A model generated the notes under the pieces. The model worked only from the letters and a program-made list of their open reading frames with translations, had not been told where the DNA came from and did no database searches. Below are positions 9,608 through 19,871 of a stretch of 64,000 nt of DNA, in pieces (position 1 is the first letter of the stretch; each line of letters begins with the position of its first letter). A program made the position numbers and the translations under genes. The stretch spans positions 2,458,662-2,522,661 of the forward strand of contig OY759724.1 of the NCBI GenBank assembly GCA_963662715.1, given 5' to 3'. This DNA is from Candidatus Omnitrophota bacterium (GTDB lineage Bacteria; Omnitrophota; Gorgyraeia; Zapsychrales; JANLHA01).

Positions 9608-11068
9608 ATGGCTTTTAACTCAATTCAGTTTCTTGTCTTTTTCCCCATAGTCGTTATTTTGTATTTTTCTGTCCCCGGGAAATTCCGCTGGTGCTGGCTT
9701 TTGGCCGCCAGCTATTTTTTTTACATGTCCTGGCGGCCCGAGTATCTCCTGCTGATCATCGCATCGACTCTTGTTGATTATTTTTGCGGGATGGCCATAA
9801 GCCGCAGTCAGAAGTTGTCCCGGCGAAAACTGTTTTTGCTGGTCAGTCTCGGCGTTAACTTGGGGTTGCTGTTCGCTTTTAAGTATTTCAATTTTTTCAA
9901 CGGGGTCCTGAAAGAGCTCTTCCTCCGCCTGAATTGGCCCTACCGTATCGCTGATTTCGATGTGCTCCTCCCGGTCGGGATTTCCTTCTACACGTTTCAG
10001 ACGCTCAGTTACACGATTGAGGTGTATCAACGGAAGAAGAAGCCGGAAACACACTTGGGTTTTTTTGCTTTATATGTCGCCTTTTTCCCGCAGTTGGTCG
10101 CCGGTCCGATTGAGCGGGCGCAAAATCTTCTGCCGCAGTTAAAGCGAAACTATGCGTTTGAATATGCCCGGGTCACGAACGGTTTAAGGCTGATGCTTTG
10201 GGGGATGTTTAAAAAGGTCGTTATTGCCGACAGGCTGGCGATCGTTGTCAACCGCGTCTATGATCAGCCCGCAGACTATCACGGCTGGGGTCTTTGTGCC
10301 GCGACAATATTTTTTGCTTTTCAAATATACTGTGATTTCTCCGGATATTCGGATATCGCCATCGGCGCGGCGCGGGTCATGGGCATTCACCTGATGAAAA
10401 ATTTTGACCGGCCTTATTTGGCCTCCTCCATCCGGGAATTCTGGGGCCGGTGGCATATTTCCCTGTCGACATGGTTTCGGGATTATGTCTATATCCCCTT
10501 GGGGGGCAACCACTGCCGCCGCAGCCGCTGGCAATGGAATATTTTAACGACTTTTGTTCTAAGCGGACTCTGGCACGGGGCGAACTGGACATTTATTGTT
10601 TGGGGGGGGTTGCATGGTTTTTATTACCTGTTTTCCCGCTGGACAGCGGATGCCCGTTTAAAATTAGTGAAAAAGTTTTCCCTGGACCGGCATCCTTTTC
10701 TCCTGCATTTTTTCAGGGTTGTTTTGACCTTTTCCCTGGTCTGTTTCTCTTGGATATTTTTCCGGGCCAATTCGCTTTATGATGCCTTTTACATCGTCTC
10801 TCATCTCGGGGCCGGGCTTGATCGGCCCTTGATATTTCACGCCGGGCAGACCGGCTACATCGGCCTGCCGTTGCCGGATTTTATATTCTCGTGTTTTTTG
10901 ATTTTGTTCCTCCTGGCTGTCCAGGTGATGCAAGGTTTCGGCCCCGTGCAGCACCGTTTGACTCAGCAGACCGTTTGGCTGAGGTGGGCCGTTTATGTTT
11001 CTTTGGCGTTAATGATTATGAATTTGGGTATAAGCGAAGAGATCCCCTTTATTTATTTTCAGTTTTAA
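9608..11068 (+). CDS. MBOAT family membrane-bound O-acyltransferase (AlgI/DltB-like)
   Basis: 486 aa and polytopic. Conserved WHISLSTWFRDYVYIPLGGN motif with the catalytic His. Confidence 0.85.
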   Translation: MAFNSIQFLVFFPIVVILYFSVPGKFRWCWLLAASYFFYMSWRPEYLLLIIASTLVDYFCGMAISRSQKLSRRKLFLLVSLGVNLGLLFAFKYFNFFNGVLKELFLRLNWPYRIADFDVLLPVGISFYTFQTLSYTIEVYQRKKKPETHLGFFALYVAFFPQLVAGPIERAQNLLPQLKRNYAFEYARVTNGLRLMLWGMFKKVVIADRLAIVVNRVYDQPADYHGWGLCAATIFFAFQIYCDFSGYSDIAIGAARVMGIHLMKNFDRPYLASSIREFWGRWHISLSTWFRDYVYIPLGGNHCRRSRWQWNILTTFVLSGLWHGANWTFIVWGGLHGFYYLFSRWTADARLKLVKKFSLDRHPFLLHFFRVVLTFSLVCFSWIFFRANSLYDAFYIVSHLGAGLDRPLIFHAGQTGYIGLPLPDFIFSCFLILFLLAVQVMQGFGPVQHRLTQQTVWLRWAVYVSLALMIMNLGISEEIPFIYFQF

Positions 11069-11231
11069 ATCATTTTGTTGAAATGTCCTTCGGGGGGTAG
11101 TCAAAATAGGGGATCGGCCGCGTTTACAAACAGGATGATATATATTTAAATTATCTATTGTATTGTGTGCCTGCGGCTGATAAACTGAATCGTAATGGCT
11201 TCATAGCAAATATGAAAAGGTTTTATAAGGA

Positions 11232-11939
11232 ATGGATTTAAAACTATTGTTTCCCAATATTATCACGGCAGGAAATATGTTCTGTGGATTGGCTGCGATC
11301 AATTTAGGCTTTTCCGGCCGTCCGTTGTTGGGCGGGTATCTCATATTTTTAGGAATGACACTGGATTTTTTCGACGGCCGGGTAGCTCGTCTCACGAATT
11401 CTGCCAGCCGGTTCGGCGCTTACCTTGATTCCCTGACAGATATCGTTACCTTCGGGGTCGCTCCGGTCATTTTGGTTTTTGTCACGTGTCCGGCGAAATA
11501 CCGGTTCCTGATTTCTGTCTTTTTGTCCATTTATACCGTCTGCGGTGTTTACCGCCTGATCCGCTTTACCCGTAATGTGCATGTCAAGAAAGGGGAGATG
11601 TTTACCGGCATGCCTATCCCGGCCGCTGCCGGCGTTCTTATGAGTTATTTGCTGTTGGTCCTGCATTCCCACATGTCGTATTCTTGTGTCTGGATGGGGT
11701 TCTTTTTGTTAGCCAATTCCGTGTTAATGGTGAGCCGGTTGCCTTATTTCCATTTCGCCAAATTGCTTTACATCGTTCCGATTGTTTCGAAAATAACGGC
11801 TGTGATATGCATGATCCTTTTTATCACGTTTGGCTATTATTATGCCATCTTTTTTGTGCTTTTCGCGCTTTACGCTGTTTTCGGAATTCAATGGCCTGTC
11901 AGACAGGTGATTTTCGGAAAACTGCTCCCCAACAGATAA
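11232..11939 (+). CDS. pssA: CDP-alcohol phosphatidyltransferase (phosphatidylserine synthase-like)
   Basis: Carries the DFFDGRVAR-x8-G-x3-D-x3-D signature (LDFFDGRVARLTNSASRFGAYLDSLTD) plus multiple TM helices. Confidence 0.7.
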   Translation: MDLKLLFPNIITAGNMFCGLAAINLGFSGRPLLGGYLIFLGMTLDFFDGRVARLTNSASRFGAYLDSLTDIVTFGVAPVILVFVTCPAKYRFLISVFLSIYTVCGVYRLIRFTRNVHVKKGEMFTGMPIPAAAGVLMSYLLLVLHSHMSYSCVWMGFFLLANSVLMVSRLPYFHFAKLLYIVPIVSKITAVICMILFITFGYYYAIFFVLFALYAVFGIQWPVRQVIFGKLLPNR

Positions 11940-11984
11940 TCCCGGCCTTTTTTATCATATCCTCAATACAAAGAATATTGTTCT

Positions 11985-12491
11985 CTAACTGAATTCTACG
12001 GGCTTGATTTCTGCTATCCTGACATGTCCTTTCGTGCATTGCAGAATGGCGGAAAAATAGATGTTTTGAAAGTTGGCATATTTCAGGCAGGCCTCAAAAG
12101 ATGCCGTTAGCAGGTGTCCGAAGAAACTGTCGGCAACTTCTTTGGTGATGTTGTATTCTCCTTCATGGATTGTATAGGCTAACGGTGTGTTTTGGGTGGG
12201 GTGCAGAGCAGGAATCGGCGTAAATGAGAGCCGGACAGTTTTTTTGAATTGATAATCAAGGGTCACAGGGAGGTCCTCGATCACAATGTCTTTGGCGGTG
12301 CAGGATCCTTCATTTATCAGGACCATCAGTTGTTGGGCCGGGTCAATAGAGAAGGTCAAAACAGGAACTTTATTACGGTCTTTTTCAAGCCTTAGCGCCT
12401 GCTTCAACTGGGCGATACGGATCCGGCTGGATATCAACATCCCGCCCACCAGAAGGGCTAATATCATCTGAACTAACAGTGAAATGCTCAA
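11985..12491 (-). CDS. hypothetical protein with an N-terminal TM anchor
   Basis: 168-aa ORF. Hydrophobic N-terminus. No recognisable domain. Confidence 0.4.
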   Translation of the reverse strand: MSISLLVQMILALLVGGMLISSRIRIAQLKQALRLEKDRNKVPVLTFSIDPAQQLMVLINEGSCTAKDIVIEDLPVTLDYQFKKTVRLSFTPIPALHPTQNTPLAYTIHEGEYNITKEVADSFFGHLLTASFEACLKYANFQNIYFSAILQCTKGHVRIAEIKPVEFS

Positions 12492-12525
12492 AAGGCCCGG
12501 TCCCTTATAAATAAAAATTTATTCA

Positions 12526-13260
12526 TTAAAAGAGATATTTCAAAGCTGTGATAAAGCGCGTATCCGTTTTCTTTTTATCCCCAGCCGGATCGGAATTGTA
12601 GTCAACAATAAATTTAACCGAGAGATCCAATCCTTCACTAATCGGATTCGTGAAGGCGGTTTCCGATTTGAGCCGGAAACTGCTGTCTGCGAGAGAAGGG
12701 ATGAGAGAGAAATCTTCAGAGGCAAAAGCCTTTTCTAGAATTTGTTTTTTTAGAAAAGTATGGGCGATGAACACCATTTCTTCGTCGCCCTTAAGTCCGG
12801 CCGTGCGGTATTCGGTTGTTTCATAACCCAGAGACCCTTCCAGCATGGCCTTCCAGTCTTCTTCCTTGGAAAACCAGTATCCCAAACCGACGGCAGGCGT
12901 AATGCGGTAATCGACGTCCGCGAAATAATCATGCATTATTTCCAGCTGGTAGGAATTAAACCAGACTTTGGCTTCTCCGAAGTCATAATGATAACGGGTC
13001 AGACTTGTCCATTTCTGCGTATCCATCTTGTCGTTGGTTTCCGAATAATAAATATCAATGGCTGAGGAAAATTCCGCATCGGTCAAAAGATATTTGACAG
13101 CCCCGTTAATATTAAATTGGGCGTTGTCGGTATTGCCGTTAGACTGATTATATCCGAGGGAAATTTCTTTTTTCCATTCATTGGCAGAAGCATTCAGGCA
13201 GAAGGCGAATGTCATAAGCGTGAGTGTTGCGGTTATGAATATTATGCGTTTTTGTCTCAT
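12526..13260 (-). CDS. putative outer-membrane beta-barrel protein (DUF481/YdiY-like)
   Basis: Signal peptide MRQKRIIFITATLTLMTFAFCLNASA. Tyr/Asn/Asp-rich beta-strand pattern. C-terminal KYLF. Confidence 0.45.
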   Translation of the reverse strand: MRQKRIIFITATLTLMTFAFCLNASANEWKKEISLGYNQSNGNTDNAQFNINGAVKYLLTDAEFSSAIDIYYSETNDKMDTQKWTSLTRYHYDFGEAKVWFNSYQLEIMHDYFADVDYRITPAVGLGYWFSKEEDWKAMLEGSLGYETTEYRTAGLKGDEEMVFIAHTFLKKQILEKAFASEDFSLIPSLADSSFRLKSETAFTNPISEGLDLSVKFIVDYNSDPAGDKKKTDTRFITALKYLF

Positions 13261-13560
13261 GGCGACCCCCTTTAACTTTTGAGATTTATAAACGTGAGTG
13301 AATTATATGAAGGGGCGGGTCAAATGTCAAGTGCAAAAGTCCCCCCGGCGCCATCACGCCCGGGAGGGGTTGTTGCGCTGTGTGTTTTTGTTTTTTGCCC
13401 CCGGCAATTTTTTGGGAGAGCGGTTGTCGAATTGTCAATTTCGATGTACAATACCCTTTAAATCCGTTTGAGATGAAACGCGCTTATCCGCAGAGGAGTT
13501 CTCGTCTTTCATCAGCGGGTTGAGATGACCATTAATTATCCGGTTAGGAGGAGGGATGTC

Positions 13561-14109
13561 ATGATATGCCCTGATTGTCAGAGTAAATTGGAAGAAGTGG
13601 ATTACCGGGGGATGCGGATACATGACTGTCCGCAGTGCCGGGGAAGATGGTTGGCCCGGGACGAGCTCATTAAAGCCAAAGATATGACCGATGACGATCT
13701 CCGCTGGCTGGACTTTGATCCTTTCGGCAAAGAGGCCGAGCGTTATCATGTCTCTCCCGAACGGAAGAGTTGTCCGCAATGTGCGGTGGATATGGACGCC
13801 CTGACATATGCGGAATCCGGCGTCGTGATTGACCGCTGTCTGAACTGTCAAGGCGTCTGGGTTCACCACGGGGAGTTTGAGAAAATCATCCAGTATTTGG
13901 AAAACCTTATCAGCAGTAAAAGCGGAGGGGAATATGCCCGGGATTCTTTAGCCCAATTCATTCAGATCGCCATGGGCAAAGAAGACGTTGTCTCGGAAAT
14001 AAAAGATTTTCTTGTCGTTTTAAAACTGTCAGAGTTGCGCTGGGGGATTGAACACCCCCATATCGCTGACACCATTAAGAGAATTCACGAATATCTTCCT
14101 TTTCTTTGA
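13561..14109 (+). CDS. double zinc-ribbon protein (two zf-TFIIB-like CPxCx...CxxCxGxW...EL modules)
   Basis: MICPDCQSK...CPQCRGRWLARDEL and CPQCAVDM...CLNCQGVWVHHGEFEKI. AGGAGGAGGG RBS precedes the ATG at 13561. Confidence 0.6.
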   Translation: MICPDCQSKLEEVDYRGMRIHDCPQCRGRWLARDELIKAKDMTDDDLRWLDFDPFGKEAERYHVSPERKSCPQCAVDMDALTYAESGVVIDRCLNCQGVWVHHGEFEKIIQYLENLISSKSGGEYARDSLAQFIQIAMGKEDVVSEIKDFLVVLKLSELRWGIEHPHIADTIKRIHEYLPFL

Positions 14110-14141
14110 TCTGCAAGTATTGATCAAAAAATCTTCACGGG

Positions 14142-14999
14142 TTGTTTATGAACCATGCCGTATTATTAATATCTTGTCCGGACCAGAAAGGCATTACAGC
14201 CACAGTTTCAAACTTTATCTTTCAGCATAACGGAAATATCGTTCATGCCGACCAGCATATCGATGAACAGACGAACACATTCTTTATGCGCATCGAATGG
14301 TCGCTTGATCAATTTGATATTGAGCCTGCTCAGATCAGCGCTGTTTTTCAGGAGACCGTGGACAGGTTCCGTATGCAGTGCGACCTGAGCTTCACTCGGG
14401 TGCGCCCCCGGATGGCTGTTTTTGTCTCCAGGCATCTGCACTGCCTGCAGGATGTTTTATTGCGCCAGAAAGCCGGACAGTTCCGTTGTGATATCCCGCT
14501 GATTATCAGTAATCATCCTGATGCCGCGGATTTAGCGGAGCAGTTTCAGATTGATTTTTATGAGCTTCCTGTTTCTCCGGACAATAAGGCCGAACAGGAA
14601 CAAAGACAGCTGCAATATCTCCGGTCGGCCCGGGTTGATTTTGTTTTTTTGGCCCGCTATCATCAGATTTTAACCAAAGAGTTCATTGCCCAGTTCCCGC
14701 AGAAGATTATCAACATTCATCATTCCTTTCTGCCGGCTTTTGCGGGTAAGAATCCTTATGCGCAGGCCTATAAGAAAGGCGTGAAAATTATCGGGGCCAC
14801 GAGCCATTATGTCACAGAGGCTCTGGATGAAGGTCCGATTATTGAACAGGATACTGTTCGCGTCAGCCACCGGGATGCCTTGGAAGACTTGATTCGGAAG
14901 GGGGAAGATCTTGAGAAAGTCGTTTCGGCAAGAGCGATCCGTTTGTTCCTGGAGAAGAGAATTCTCTGTTACGGCAACAAAACAGTGGTTTTTGATTAG
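14142..14999 (+). CDS. purU: formyltetrahydrofolate deformylase
   Basis: N-terminal ACT domain (AVLLISCPDQKGITATVSNFI) followed by a formyltransferase domain (HHSFLPAFAG, ATSHYVTE...DEGPIIEQ). Confidence 0.85.
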   Translation: MFMNHAVLLISCPDQKGITATVSNFIFQHNGNIVHADQHIDEQTNTFFMRIEWSLDQFDIEPAQISAVFQETVDRFRMQCDLSFTRVRPRMAVFVSRHLHCLQDVLLRQKAGQFRCDIPLIISNHPDAADLAEQFQIDFYELPVSPDNKAEQEQRQLQYLRSARVDFVFLARYHQILTKEFIAQFPQKIINIHHSFLPAFAGKNPYAQAYKKGVKIIGATSHYVTEALDEGPIIEQDTVRVSHRDALEDLIRKGEDLEKVVSARAIRLFLEKRILCYGNKTVVFD

Positions 15000-15023
15000 C
15001 CAGAATGAAAATACGGGGGACGT

Positions 15024-15521
15024 ATGAAAAAAATTCTTGTTGTTGATGACGAAGTTGATTTATGTGAACTTGTTCAGAGAAGTCTGCAGAAAACCGGGGA
15101 ATATACCGTTGAAACAGTTTCCCAGCCGGAAGAAGTTATATCCAGGTGTCTTGACTTCAAGCCTGACCTGATTTTGCTTGATATCGTGATGCCCAGATTG
15201 AAAGGCACGGATCTGATAAAAACCTTGCGGACGAACCCGGAACTGTCCAAGATCCGTATCATTGTTACCAGCGGTTTGGGGGAAATGGTCTATTCCAAAA
15301 AGAAAGATCAATGGAAGTGGCAGCCCAACCGTGAACTTATTGCCGAACGGGGGGATATTGTTCAAGAAAAGAATTCTGAACGTGCCGCGGCTGCTTATGG
15401 TGTCGATGATTATCTGGCCAAGCCCTTTAAGCCGGCAACACTTTTGCAGGTCGTTCAAGACGTATTTTTTAAAGATAAACCTCAGGAGGAAGAAGAGAAA
15501 GATGATGATATTGTTTTTTAG
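15024..15521 (+). CDS. CheY-like response regulator (receiver domain only)
   Basis: MKKILVVDDEVDLCELV...DLILLDIVMPRLKGTDL, with a conserved Asp pocket and the phospho-accepting Asp. Confidence 0.8.
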   Translation: MKKILVVDDEVDLCELVQRSLQKTGEYTVETVSQPEEVISRCLDFKPDLILLDIVMPRLKGTDLIKTLRTNPELSKIRIIVTSGLGEMVYSKKKDQWKWQPNRELIAERGDIVQEKNSERAAAAYGVDDYLAKPFKPATLLQVVQDVFFKDKPQEEEEKDDDIVF

Positions 15522-15557
15522 CTGGAGGAGATAATAACCCAGACACACAAAATTAGC

Positions 15558-16097
15558 ATGGGGAAAGGGGATGTCATGCAAGAAAATTCAGGAGAAGAGC
15601 GAAGGCGGTCGCCGCGTTATGAAACGGATGTCAAAATTCAGTTTTATGTTAATTTTAATCTGAAGACCGTTGTCGAATATCGCATTAAAGAAGAGGGTGC
15701 TGAGGACTTTTCGGAAGAAAAATATACCGGAATCACGAAGAACGTTAGCGTGGAGGGACTTTGTCTCTCCTCTCGTATTAATTTAAATAAAGGCGATGCT
15801 TTATATATGGAAGTGTTTGTCCCTCAGTCGAAAGCGCCGATCATCATGGAAGGTCGCGTGCAGTGGTGCCGGGCTGCTGAAGGGGACCAAAAAGAGGAGG
15901 GGATTGAGGATTTTTATGATGCAGGAATCAAGGTGGTTTCTGTTAATGGCGAATTTGTTGAGCAGACAATCTTTTTTGATGAAGTTCATAAAATGTTATG
16001 GAGCAGTGTCCTTGAAACCGTATTCAGCAGCTTTAAAGAACTAAGTAAGGTTAGACTTGAACGCTTGCGCTCTGTATCCCAGCAGTCTAATCTTTAG
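15558..16097 (+). CDS. PilZ domain protein (c-di-GMP receptor candidate)
   Basis: RRRSPRYE (RxxxR) and KNVSVEGLCL (D/NxSxGG) motifs at PilZ spacing. Confidence 0.55.
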   Translation: MGKGDVMQENSGEERRRSPRYETDVKIQFYVNFNLKTVVEYRIKEEGAEDFSEEKYTGITKNVSVEGLCLSSRINLNKGDALYMEVFVPQSKAPIIMEGRVQWCRAAEGDQKEEGIEDFYDAGIKVVSVNGEFVEQTIFFDEVHKMLWSSVLETVFSSFKELSKVRLERLRSVSQQSNL

Positions 16098-16328
16098 GTC
16101 TGCCTTCCAGCGGCCTTCAGGGCCGTTAAATGATTTTTATTGCCGTATTCTTTTTTATTAATATTTATTTGTAATACAGAATTCCTTTTTGAGACATATT
16201 GCTAGCCTTTAGTTCCCGGAAAGTAATGAGTAAGGAAAAATGTGGTATTTTCCGGCTTTTATGCTATTCTATTAACTTGTGTTTGATAATTTGCGGAAAG
16301 TTTTCTTAGTATTTTTATTGAAATAAGA

Positions 16329-16417
16329 GGAGAGGTGGCCGAGTGGTTTAAGGCGCACGCCTGGAGAGCGTGTGGCGGCCGAAAGGTTGCTCGAGAGTTC
16401 GAATCTCTCCCTCTCCG
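16329..16417 (+). tRNA. tRNA-Ser (anticodon GGA), long variable arm
   Basis: GGAGAGG/CCTCTCC acceptor stem. Anticodon loop CTGGAGA. Variable arm GGCGGCCGAAAGGTTGCTC. T-arm GAGAGTTCGAATCTCTC. Confidence 0.85.
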
Positions 16418-16478
16418 CTGAATTTGTTTTTGTCTGTAGCAGTTTGTGTTTTTTTTATGCTTCTGTGTTGCAGGAGAG

Positions 16479-17099
16479 ATGAGAACTCCAGGGGGTAAGG
16501 GGGAAGAATTCCCCCTTGCTTTTGGGGTGACAGAGACGAGCGTAAGCGAGGATATTTTTATGGATGTTTACGAATTATGGGCGAAAGCTTTAAAACATAC
16601 CGAAGTCATACGTCCGCGAGTCCAGTATTTGTCGACTTTTGAAGATACAACTGTTCCCTATATCCTGCTTTCGAGGTCCAGTATCAATTTCGGCGACACG
16701 GTCGCCAGGACAGGCGAAGTCATTGTCCAGAGGCCTTCCTTAATCCTGCCGCCGAACAATCCCCAATTCAGTGGTTTTGACTTTGACGAACATCTTCGTT
16801 CCCAAGAAAGCGGGCTTGTTAATTTCTTGCTGATCAGAGGTATTCAAGTGCCTTCCTTGAGTTATAACAATAAAACTTCTGCTTTGGATATTTATGAAGG
16901 CGATTTAAACAAGGCGGTCTCGCATTATGCGGATCAGTTGCAGCGAAGAGAGAACGTCCATGCCGGATTGATCACCGGCCCGGAGGAATGCTGGCAGTTT
17001 TCGGTCCTGATTTATGTTTGTTCTCAAGTCGCCAGAAATTCCGCCCGGGATATTCAAAAACTTCTGGAGGAATATAAGAAGAACAATAAAAAAGATTAG
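16479..17099 (+). CDS. hypothetical protein
   Basis: ORF with AGGAGAG RBS before the ATG at 16479. No recognisable motifs. Confidence 0.4.
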   Translation: MRTPGGKGEEFPLAFGVTETSVSEDIFMDVYELWAKALKHTEVIRPRVQYLSTFEDTTVPYILLSRSSINFGDTVARTGEVIVQRPSLILPPNNPQFSGFDFDEHLRSQESGLVNFLLIRGIQVPSLSYNNKTSALDIYEGDLNKAVSHYADQLQRRENVHAGLITGPEECWQFSVLIYVCSQVARNSARDIQKLLEEYKKNNKKD

Positions 17100-17109
17100 A
17101 GGTGAGAGG

Positions 17110-19758
17110 ATGAAAAGGTTGGTCCTTATATTGCTGAGTTGCCTTTTTATTTGCCCTGCTGGTGTTGCCCGTGCAGCAGAGCCTGTCCCCGGAGAAGATA
17201 AAATTCATATTTATACTGAAAAACATGTTTTGCCGAACGGATTAACGGTGCTTTTAACGGAAATGCCTGCCAGCCATTCGGTATCTCTGTACGCGTTAGT
17301 TAAAACGGGGTCAGCCCTGGAAGGGGCCTTTGTCGGGGCGGGGATGACGCATTTCATCGAGCACATGCTTTTTAAAGGCACGGATAAACGTCAGGTCGGG
17401 GACATTTCCGGGGAGATCCAGGCTTTGGGCGGTGGCATCAATGCTTCGACGAGTTTTGATTATACGGTTTATACTGTGACCGTCCCTGCCGACGGTTTCG
17501 ACAAGGCTCTGGATATCCTGTCCGACATGCTCTGTCATGCTAAGTTCGACCCGGAGGAAGTCGAAAAAGAACGGGAAGTCATCGTGAAGGAGATGCGTCT
17601 CCGGGATGACCATCCGGGTTATTATCTCGGGAACAAATTGTTTGAAACAGTTTACGTCCGGCATCCTTATCGTCTGCCGATTATCGGGTATGAGGATGTC
17701 TTCCGTAAAATAACCCGGGACGATCTTTGGGGGTATTATCATGATTTTTACACGCCTAACAATATGATTTTCTCCGTAGCGGGAAATATTGATGCTAAAG
17801 CGGCCTTGCAGAAAATACAGATGACCTTCAAAGGGGTTCATCGGGGCCGGTATTTGCAGCGGTCGGTCCCGCAGGACCCGGAGCAGATGACGCCCCGGAG
17901 ATATGAGGAGGAATATCCCTCCCCGCTGACGCGCATGTCCATTGCCTATACAGGCGTTGATTTCCTTCATGAGGACATGCCGGCTCTCGATGTCCTGTCC
18001 ATGATTCTCGGGCAGGGAGAAAGTTCCCGTCTTTACAGGGTCATATTCCAGGAGAAGAAACTGGTCCGGTCCATATCCTCCTGGAACTACACGCCGATTG
18101 ACCGGGGCATGTTTTCCATCGACAGCACTTTGGATTATGAGAATGTTGAAAAAACAATAACAGCTGTCGAGGAACAGGTTGATGTTATCACCCGGGAAGG
18201 CGTCGATAAAGAGGAATTAGAAAAGACCAAGAGGCAGGTGCTGAGCAGTACAATTCGCGAGTATCAGAAGTCGGGGGCCGTCGCTTTCAGGACGGCTGCG
18301 GAAGAATATATGACGGCAGACCCTGAGTTTTCAAAGAAATATATCGAGATGATAAAACGTGTGACAAATGAAGATATCGTAAAGGTCGCCCGGAAATATC
18401 TCCGGCCGGAAAAACAGTCGGTCGTGATCATCAAACCGGAAAGTGCCAGGGAGGAGAAACCCGCGGCAGCCGGACAAAGCCAAGTCGGAGAGATCAGAAA
18501 AGAGGTCTTCCCTAACGGCTGTACGGTTCTTTTGCGCGAAAATCATAATTTCCCTTTAGTCACTCTTATGGTTTCCATGAAAGGCGGGACGCGGTTTGAG
18601 AGCGAGGCTTTAAACGGTCTTTCGGAATTAACAGCCAGGGCGTGGGTTAAAGGGACAACATCCCGATCCGCTGATGAAATTGCGAAGCAGGTGGAGTCTT
18701 TGGGAGCTTCTTTCGGCTCTTTTTCCGGGAGGAACAGTCTGGGAATGAAGATGTCTCTTTTATCCGAGGATTTGGATTTCGGGTTAGACCTGCTGCAGGA
18801 GGCGGTCCGTCATCCGTCTTTTGAAGAAGAGACCATCAAGAAGGAAAAAGAAAAACTGGCAACGGCTATTCTGTCGCGGGACGACAATATCTCGAGCCTT
18901 GCCATGAAAGCTTTGCAGCAGGATTTATTTGAGACCCCGGGATTTCGATTCCTGTCCTTGGGGACATTGGAATCTGTCGAAAACATTACCCGGAAGGATG
19001 TTTTAAATTTTTATAAGCGTGTCTGTGTCCCGGAGAATATGGTCGTTTCGGTTTATGGGGATATCGATGCGGAGAGTGTCCTTAAAGACCTAAAGAAATA
19101 TTTCGCTTCGATGCCGGAGAAAGCCTGGGAGGATGTCGTCCATGAAGAGAAGCCGGTAACCCAGCAGAAAGAGAAGACGATTTATGTGGACAAGGAGCAG
19201 GCGATGGTTGTGATCGGTTTTCACGGCACGAATTTCTCCAGCGAAGACCGCTACGGCCTGCAGGTTCTGGCCGGAATTCTCGGGTCTTCTTTCAGCGGCA
19301 GGATCTTTAATCAGATCAGAGAAGAATTGGGGCAGGCTTATACTCTGGGCGGAAGGTTCATCCCCGGCTTGGATACGGGCATGCTCTATTTCGGTGTGCA
19401 GACCGGACCGGATCAGGCGGAAGTGGTTAAAGAGAAACTGATCGAGATCATTAAAGAAATCCAGGAGGAAGAGATCCCGCTGAAAGAGCTGACTGACATG
19501 AAATTTTATATTAAGGGAACTTTCCTGATGGGGATGGAGACCGACGGCGAAGTTATTTTTGCAACATCCCTGGATGAACTTTATAAGTTGGGGTATGATA
19601 ACTACAAAGGCTTTGACCAGGCTATTGACGGGGTGCAGCCGGAATATTTAAGGGAACTGGCGCGGGAATATCTTGATCTGGACAAAGCCGTTATTGTTAC
19701 AGCTTTGCCTAAAGGGCGTCCGGACGAGGAGCTCCTTCCCACGGACAGCCTGTTTTAA
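17110..19758 (+). CDS. tandem M16-family zinc metallopeptidase (insulinase/PqqL-like), secreted
   Basis: Signal peptide MKRLVLILLSCLFICPAGVARA. Inverted zinc motif HFIEHMLFKGT (HxxEH). Two M16 halves (about 880 aa). Confidence 0.85.
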   Translation: MKRLVLILLSCLFICPAGVARAAEPVPGEDKIHIYTEKHVLPNGLTVLLTEMPASHSVSLYALVKTGSALEGAFVGAGMTHFIEHMLFKGTDKRQVGDISGEIQALGGGINASTSFDYTVYTVTVPADGFDKALDILSDMLCHAKFDPEEVEKEREVIVKEMRLRDDHPGYYLGNKLFETVYVRHPYRLPIIGYEDVFRKITRDDLWGYYHDFYTPNNMIFSVAGNIDAKAALQKIQMTFKGVHRGRYLQRSVPQDPEQMTPRRYEEEYPSPLTRMSIAYTGVDFLHEDMPALDVLSMILGQGESSRLYRVIFQEKKLVRSISSWNYTPIDRGMFSIDSTLDYENVEKTITAVEEQVDVITREGVDKEELEKTKRQVLSSTIREYQKSGAVAFRTAAEEYMTADPEFSKKYIEMIKRVTNEDIVKVARKYLRPEKQSVVIIKPESAREEKPAAAGQSQVGEIRKEVFPNGCTVLLRENHNFPLVTLMVSMKGGTRFESEALNGLSELTARAWVKGTTSRSADEIAKQVESLGASFGSFSGRNSLGMKMSLLSEDLDFGLDLLQEAVRHPSFEEETIKKEKEKLATAILSRDDNISSLAMKALQQDLFETPGFRFLSLGTLESVENITRKDVLNFYKRVCVPENMVVSVYGDIDAESVLKDLKKYFASMPEKAWEDVVHEEKPVTQQKEKTIYVDKEQAMVVIGFHGTNFSSEDRYGLQVLAGILGSSFSGRIFNQIREELGQAYTLGGRFIPGLDTGMLYFGVQTGPDQAEVVKEKLIEIIKEIQEEEIPLKELTDMKFYIKGTFLMGMETDGEVIFATSLDELYKLGYDNYKGFDQAIDGVQPEYLRELAREYLDLDKAVIVTALPKGRPDEELLPTDSLF

Positions 19759-19871
19759 GAAGGTGCGTGGTTTTTCTTGGCCAGATATGTATTTACAGGG
19801 CCGTAATTTAATGGTAAATTTATTTAGTTTTTTATTCGTATAAGTCTTCATAGATTACACGGGGAAAAATT

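Noticed and set aside
17311-17970. Antisense ORFs inside large genes (for example 17311-17970, 558-1049, 30869-31618, 59736-60401, 25188-25725, 36586-36960, 37487-37933, 15060-15581, 10184-10534)
   Set aside because: They lie opposite strongly supported CDSs. They lack RBSs and have composition driven by the sense strand.
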